A DNA stretch of 53,643 bases, counting the filler, from Catajapyx aquilonaris (lineage: Eukaryota), in the NCBI GenBank assembly GCA_000934665.2. It is 3 parts of 3 records of this genome, joined end to end, with 100 filler letters (N's around TTAATTAATTAA, not from the genome) between each part and the next. Parts side by side here need not be neighbours in the genome. Positions count along the whole stretch, not along the records: positions 35,842 to 53,643 come from JYFJ02006854.1; 2 more parts are not named here. The stretch is one strand, 5' to 3'. Below the pieces are notes generated by a model. The model was not told where the DNA came from, searched no databases, and saw nothing but the letters and a program-made list of their open reading frames with translations. The position numbers were made by a program, and so were the translations under genes. Positions 49,059 through 53,643 of the stretch are shown here, one piece after another. The stretch's first letter is position 1, and every line of letters begins with the position of its first letter.

Positions 49059-50616
49059 GTGTGTACAGTGTACTATGCAACATGCATGTTACAACTTTGC
49101 AATCAAGAAATACTGAGATCATCAACAAAATTTGCCCAAGTACCATTTTATGAATTATAATTATATTGAGATTGTTCATTGACATGGAGTACAATGACTT
49201 CAAGAATTATTTCCCATCAATTTTAGCAATATTTTTATATAGTTTAATATCTACAGGGTGGTGCAACAAGGGACCACTGTTTACAGAATTCTTGTCTATT
49301 TAGTCATCATGAAGCAATAAAATTTAGTACCATGCCAGTGGGATATTTTGCCCCCATTTTTTAAAGTCTGAAGGAGTTATTCTAAATTTAATTGTAGATT
49401 GTTTGTGTAGAATGGAAAGTTTACATCCCGCACCTAGAGCAATTTGTCACTGCTTTTCAAATTGTTGCAGAAAATTAACCAACCCATGCACCTGCAAGCA
49501 TGGCACGTTTTTTTTCCCCCTCACTCATACTTTACGCAAATCACTACACATGAAATCTACGACTGTCTTTTGAATTAAACTCCTTTCCCCACCACACTGT
49601 AAGTCATGTACCAGCTCGTGTACCGGCTCGGAGCCGGTATTTCACGATCGCAAAATACCGCCTGGGTACTGGCTGATGTCCTGGCAATGTCCTGGCTGAT
49701 GTCCTAGCTAGCAACCGGTACATGTCGTAACCATCCGCAGGTGCACGCGCAGCTGCGTAGGCAAAAAATTCGAATTCCCCCTCCCCAACCACCCGAACCC
49801 CTTCCCCCTTTTTTCACCACCACCACCACCCCTCCCCCTTCTTGTATTGCTGCCCCCCCCCCTCCAATGTCTACGTCATCAACGGTGACGTCAAGACACC
49901 CCCGCTCCTCCCCACCCCGCAAATTGAAGGGGGAAAAATCACATAATTATAAATAATTAACATTCCACACGGAACTTAAATGACGCATTTACACTTTATT
50001 TTATCTATCAATAAATGTACAAAATAACATGTTAAATAACAAAAATATGACACTGATGTCATAATCCTTGTTCTGACTTGCACCCAAAACCATATCGGCC
50101 TTGCACTCTTGCAGTCGTAGCTCGTAGGTATAGCACTCTGGCCCTTCACAATATGCGCTGGCCACATGTCCAGCTGCAATATTCTTGTGATTCCTATCAG
50201 TCACCACACATACACCGCATCCACTGTCCATTGCTGCAGACTGAGCGACACTGAGGACTGAACTATACTGGCTGTGATGCGACCCAGAGGGAGGGAGGGG
50301 AGGGGGGGGAGGGAGGAGAAAAAAATCTTGCATCATTTTCGAAGTCTTTGCCGTTGGGCAACTGAGGTTACTCGAGCAAAAAAAAAAACGACTCGGAAAT
50401 AAATGGCCGGATTTTTTTGTCCCCCCTACTCCCCCTCCTAAATCCTGTCGACACGTGTTCTCAAGGTTCCTCAATATACCAGCTCGATACCACCTGGAAG
50501 TGTGGCCCACCTGTGTACTGGCTACAGCTAGGACACGAGGCTCTGTACCGGTTGCGTCCTACCTATGTACTGGCTAAGGCCACATGTACTAGCTGGGAAG
50601 TAGGACATAGCTGGTA

Positions 50617-50704
50617 CTATGGGCGCCAAAAGAATTGACCGGAGTTGATGGGTATATAGCGCCATATACCCATCAAATCCGGTCAATTCTTTTGGCGCCC
50701 ATAG
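50617..50704. mobile_element. 88-bp palindromic MITE with TA TSD
   Basis: 41-bp arms with one mismatch around AGCGCC; TA on both sides. Confidence 0.9.
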
Positions 50705-51125
50705 TACATAAATTACAGTGCAGTAATGAAATAGCCCCATGGCATGGTAATAAAATATTAGGTAACTTGTATTAGTAGCAAATTACACCTCCGGCACTCC
50801 CAATGCTTGGCCATCCAATTGTATGGGAAAACAACTAATGGCAGATGATCTTCCTCTAATTCTGCCTCCCTTACCTATCAATACACAAGCTTGTGTTACA
50901 TATTTCTGGGTAAACCTATTTTTGGCCACCTGATGTGGTCATTGATTAGGTCCATGTACTGTTAAAAGGTAGCATATTTACTGATTTAGTTTGGAAAATA
51001 CGACAGGACGTATTACAGAGTGAGCCAACCCACCACAAAAAATTAAAAGCCCCTTGAAATTTATTGCATACAGTGGTTTTGTTACGAGTTCAAACAGTAC
51101 TAATTTTTCCACTTTGCAAATACAG

Positions 51126-51656
51126 ATCCCAAAATCACTGACAGCTGCCTACTGCCAACTCGTGAGTTCCAAACCATCTTCACGACCATCACCCGAAGCC
51201 CTACTTGAGCGCAACCCGTTTGCATGCAGCCTACAGAAATGCTTGCAGACTCTGGAAGAGTTCCAGTTGCAAGAATCAAGTGAAGCCAGTCGCTTCTGTT
51301 TTGAGTTGCAGTCACAACTGGACTCCCTACCACTTCCTTTGTGCCATCTGAGAATTCTTCCACAACTCCTTGCAGCAGCTCAGTTTGGAAAGGCAGGTGC
51401 TGTGGCTCTACCTCCTGCCCTACAGATAGGTAAGCGCCTACAAGGTGCGGAGCGAGATGCCTTCCAAGCCTTACTACAGCCGACCCTCCAGAGGCTCTTT
51501 GATTCACCTGAGCGTTCTACCCGACTACGACTCCTGCAAATGATGGACCAACTAGCGCCATTGTTACCTGCTGATGTGCTCAACAAGCATGTGTTTCCTA
51601 AGATATTGCAGGGATTGTCTGATTCACATCCATCACTTCGAGAGCAGACTGTCAAG
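51126..51656 (+). CDS. SCYL1: SCYL1 exon 5
   Basis: IPKSL...YCQLVSSKPSSRPSP...ILPQLL...RLFDSPERSTRLRLLQ...LREQTVK; cag/gt boundaries. Confidence 0.94.
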
Positions 51657-51888
51657 GTATGTATTTCCCTTATGACAGGTGTAAACTAGGTGATGTGACC
51701 ACATGTCAGGCTGAAAGGTTGCAGGAATAGGATGCATGTGCAGCCATCTGTCACTCTATCTACTTCAAGCATTGCTTGAATTTTAGTTCATATCATGGGG
51801 GCAGAGACCAAAAGGATAGCTATAACTTCAAAAATTATTGTTTTTCTCTCACTGCTCTGCCCTCTGCCTCTGTAATTGAATTGAAAGG

Positions 51889-51974
51889 CCAGGTGCAAAC
51901 TAGGTGATAGGTGATGGTGATAGATCCTGGTCCTTCCAACCTTTCAGTGGTCACCTGACCTAGTTTGCGCCTGG
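51889..51974. repeat. Short inverted repeat
   Basis: CCAGGTGCAAACTAGG / CCTAGTTTGCGCCTGG. Confidence 0.65.
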
Positions 51975-52381
51975 ATGTGGTTACATGGGGCAATGTGGTT
52001 GGTGGGCAAATCTCATGACAAGTTGTACAGACAAGAATAGCATGGGAAGGGTACGTGGTCTGAGGGTGGTTGCTGTACCAAACTTCTTATGACTGGCTGT
52101 TTTGCTTCATGTAGCAATACTAGTTGTGAGGAAAGATAGCATAGTGGTTAAGGCCACACTTCCACCTCGGAGGTCATGTTTGATATCTAGGTCTGATGGG
52201 ATTCTCTCATGTGTAAATAGTAGTTTTGATGAGTTCTATCCAAATTTGCATGGGTTTTCTCGGGGTTCTCCCATTTCCTCCATATTCCCCCATTATCATG
52301 TATCTTTGAAGTTGTCACAGAATAAAGTTTGGTACATGAAAGATTATTTCACACAAGGCCCCACTAGACTATCAAGAGGTA

Positions 52382-52768
52382 CAGTCTCATTCAAAAAGAA
52401 TGGTGTGACTCTATGTACAAAATGTTATCTTGATTATCTAGCATTATTCCCAACCTTATATCGACGAAACCCTATGGACAACCTTTTTTGGACCTCTGGT
52501 GACTCGTATGACCCAACCCGATTTTTAAATACATTTTTAATTACCGAAATATTCAACCAGGTGCAATGCTTAGGTAGATTTGATGTGAAATTTCCCCCTA
52601 AAATTTTCCTACTTTGCTTTGGTATATCCTTCTCTTTTTTATTTTATTTTGATTCCCTTTTCCTGGACTTCCTCATGACCCCTAAAAACATGCTGGTGAC
52701 CCAGGGGTTGGGAACAGAATAAACATTTCGTCCATATAGAGTCGTACCATTCTTTATGAACCGTACTG
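52382..52768. mobile_element. Tc1/mariner-type MITE
   Basis: TA-CAGTCTCATTCAAAAAGAATGGTGTGACTCTAT...ATAGAGTCGTACCATTCTTTATGAACCGTACTG-TA. Confidence 0.8.
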
Positions 52769-52842
52769 TACCTTATCACTATTATTACAATTACTGCTAC
52801 TGCAACTGAAATTTTCACCTACTCTCCTTTACCATCCACTAG

Positions 52843-53263
52843 GCAGTGCTGCCACTGGCACCGAAACTGAGCCACGACAACTTGAATGTAGACCTGCTCC
52901 GTGAGTTTGCCCGCCTTCAGTCCAAAGATGAAGAAGGTGGAATCCGAACCAACACAACAGTCTGCCTGGGAAAGATAGCCCCATACCTTGCCCCATCCTT
53001 GCGACAAAGGGTTTTAGTGTCAGCCTTTTCCAGAGCCTTCCGTGACCCCTTTCCTCCAGCCAGGCAAGCGGGGGTCTTGGGGATTGCAGCCACCCAGCAC
53101 CTGTACACCATTGGGGAAGTTGCTGCTCGCATTGTTCCTGCTCTCTCCCCATTAAGTGTAGACCCAGACAAGTCTGTGAGGGATTCTGTGTTTCGGACTC
53201 TACGGGCCTTCATTGACAAGTTGGAAAGGGTTTCCCTCGATCCAAGCCTGAGGGATCAGATTG
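52843..53263 (+). CDS. SCYL1: SCYL1 exon 6 (HEAT repeats); gene continues beyond the window
   Basis: AVLPLAPKL...[15 protein letters not shown]...[17 protein letters not shown]...VDPDKSVRD; gtaagc donor. Confidence 0.96.
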
Positions 53264-53643
53264 GTAAGCATACCTTGTTGCTTGGGTAGGAACAGAAAAG
53301 TAACAATGGTTGTAATATTCTGACTTTATACTGTGTGTTCCAGCTGAACTGTGTGTAGTGGTTATCAACTTCTTTGTACTGAGCTACTTATTTTTAAACA
53401 GATACTTAGGAAGGTACTCTTGTTATCTAAAATATTAGCAGATAATACGAGTATATTAGGGAAAATGGATGCATCCTGTTGAACTGGACAGGAATTCAAA
53501 TGTTGATTCACCCATTGACCAGAAATAGCCCTCCAAAAAACTACATTGCTGCATGTTGGTACTGTACTATCAGGGTCAAAAAGATTGTCGGACTGTTATG
53601 GAATCGTCCGCGACTTTTTCTCCCGCCAATCAGTGTGCCAGGT

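Noticed and set aside
52102..52722. 206-aa ORF
   Set aside because: Lies in a SCYL1 intron, overlaps a MITE, has a non-ATG start and no recognisable domain.

Overview
Eukaryotic (invertebrate-type metazoan) genomic DNA from a gapped assembly. Three spliced host genes are clear: the last two coding exons of DNAJC3/P58IPK (+, 1678-2408), a complete 4-exon BPNT1 (-, 41251-46823) and the first six coding exons of SCYL1 (+, from 47544). BPNT1 and SCYL1 lie head-to-head across a ~720 bp shared promoter. Introns and flanks are packed with non-autonomous DNA transposons (Tc1/mariner-, pogo-, hAT- and Sola-type MITEs, several nested), tRNA-derived SINEs and LINE/Tc1 remnants. Between ~5.1 and 35.7 kb lies a CpG-rich block with no intact gene and many decayed coding fragments, including a recognisable hAT transposase remnant and a possible SWIM finger. 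Parts of this block show a striking excess of homopolymer runs. Two 100-nt gaps carry an artificial TTAATTAATTAA linker, so adjacency across 17.9 kb and 35.8 kb is unproven. No intact novel system is demonstrable; the best leads are the homopolymer-biased decay and the unclassified decayed multi-exon block.
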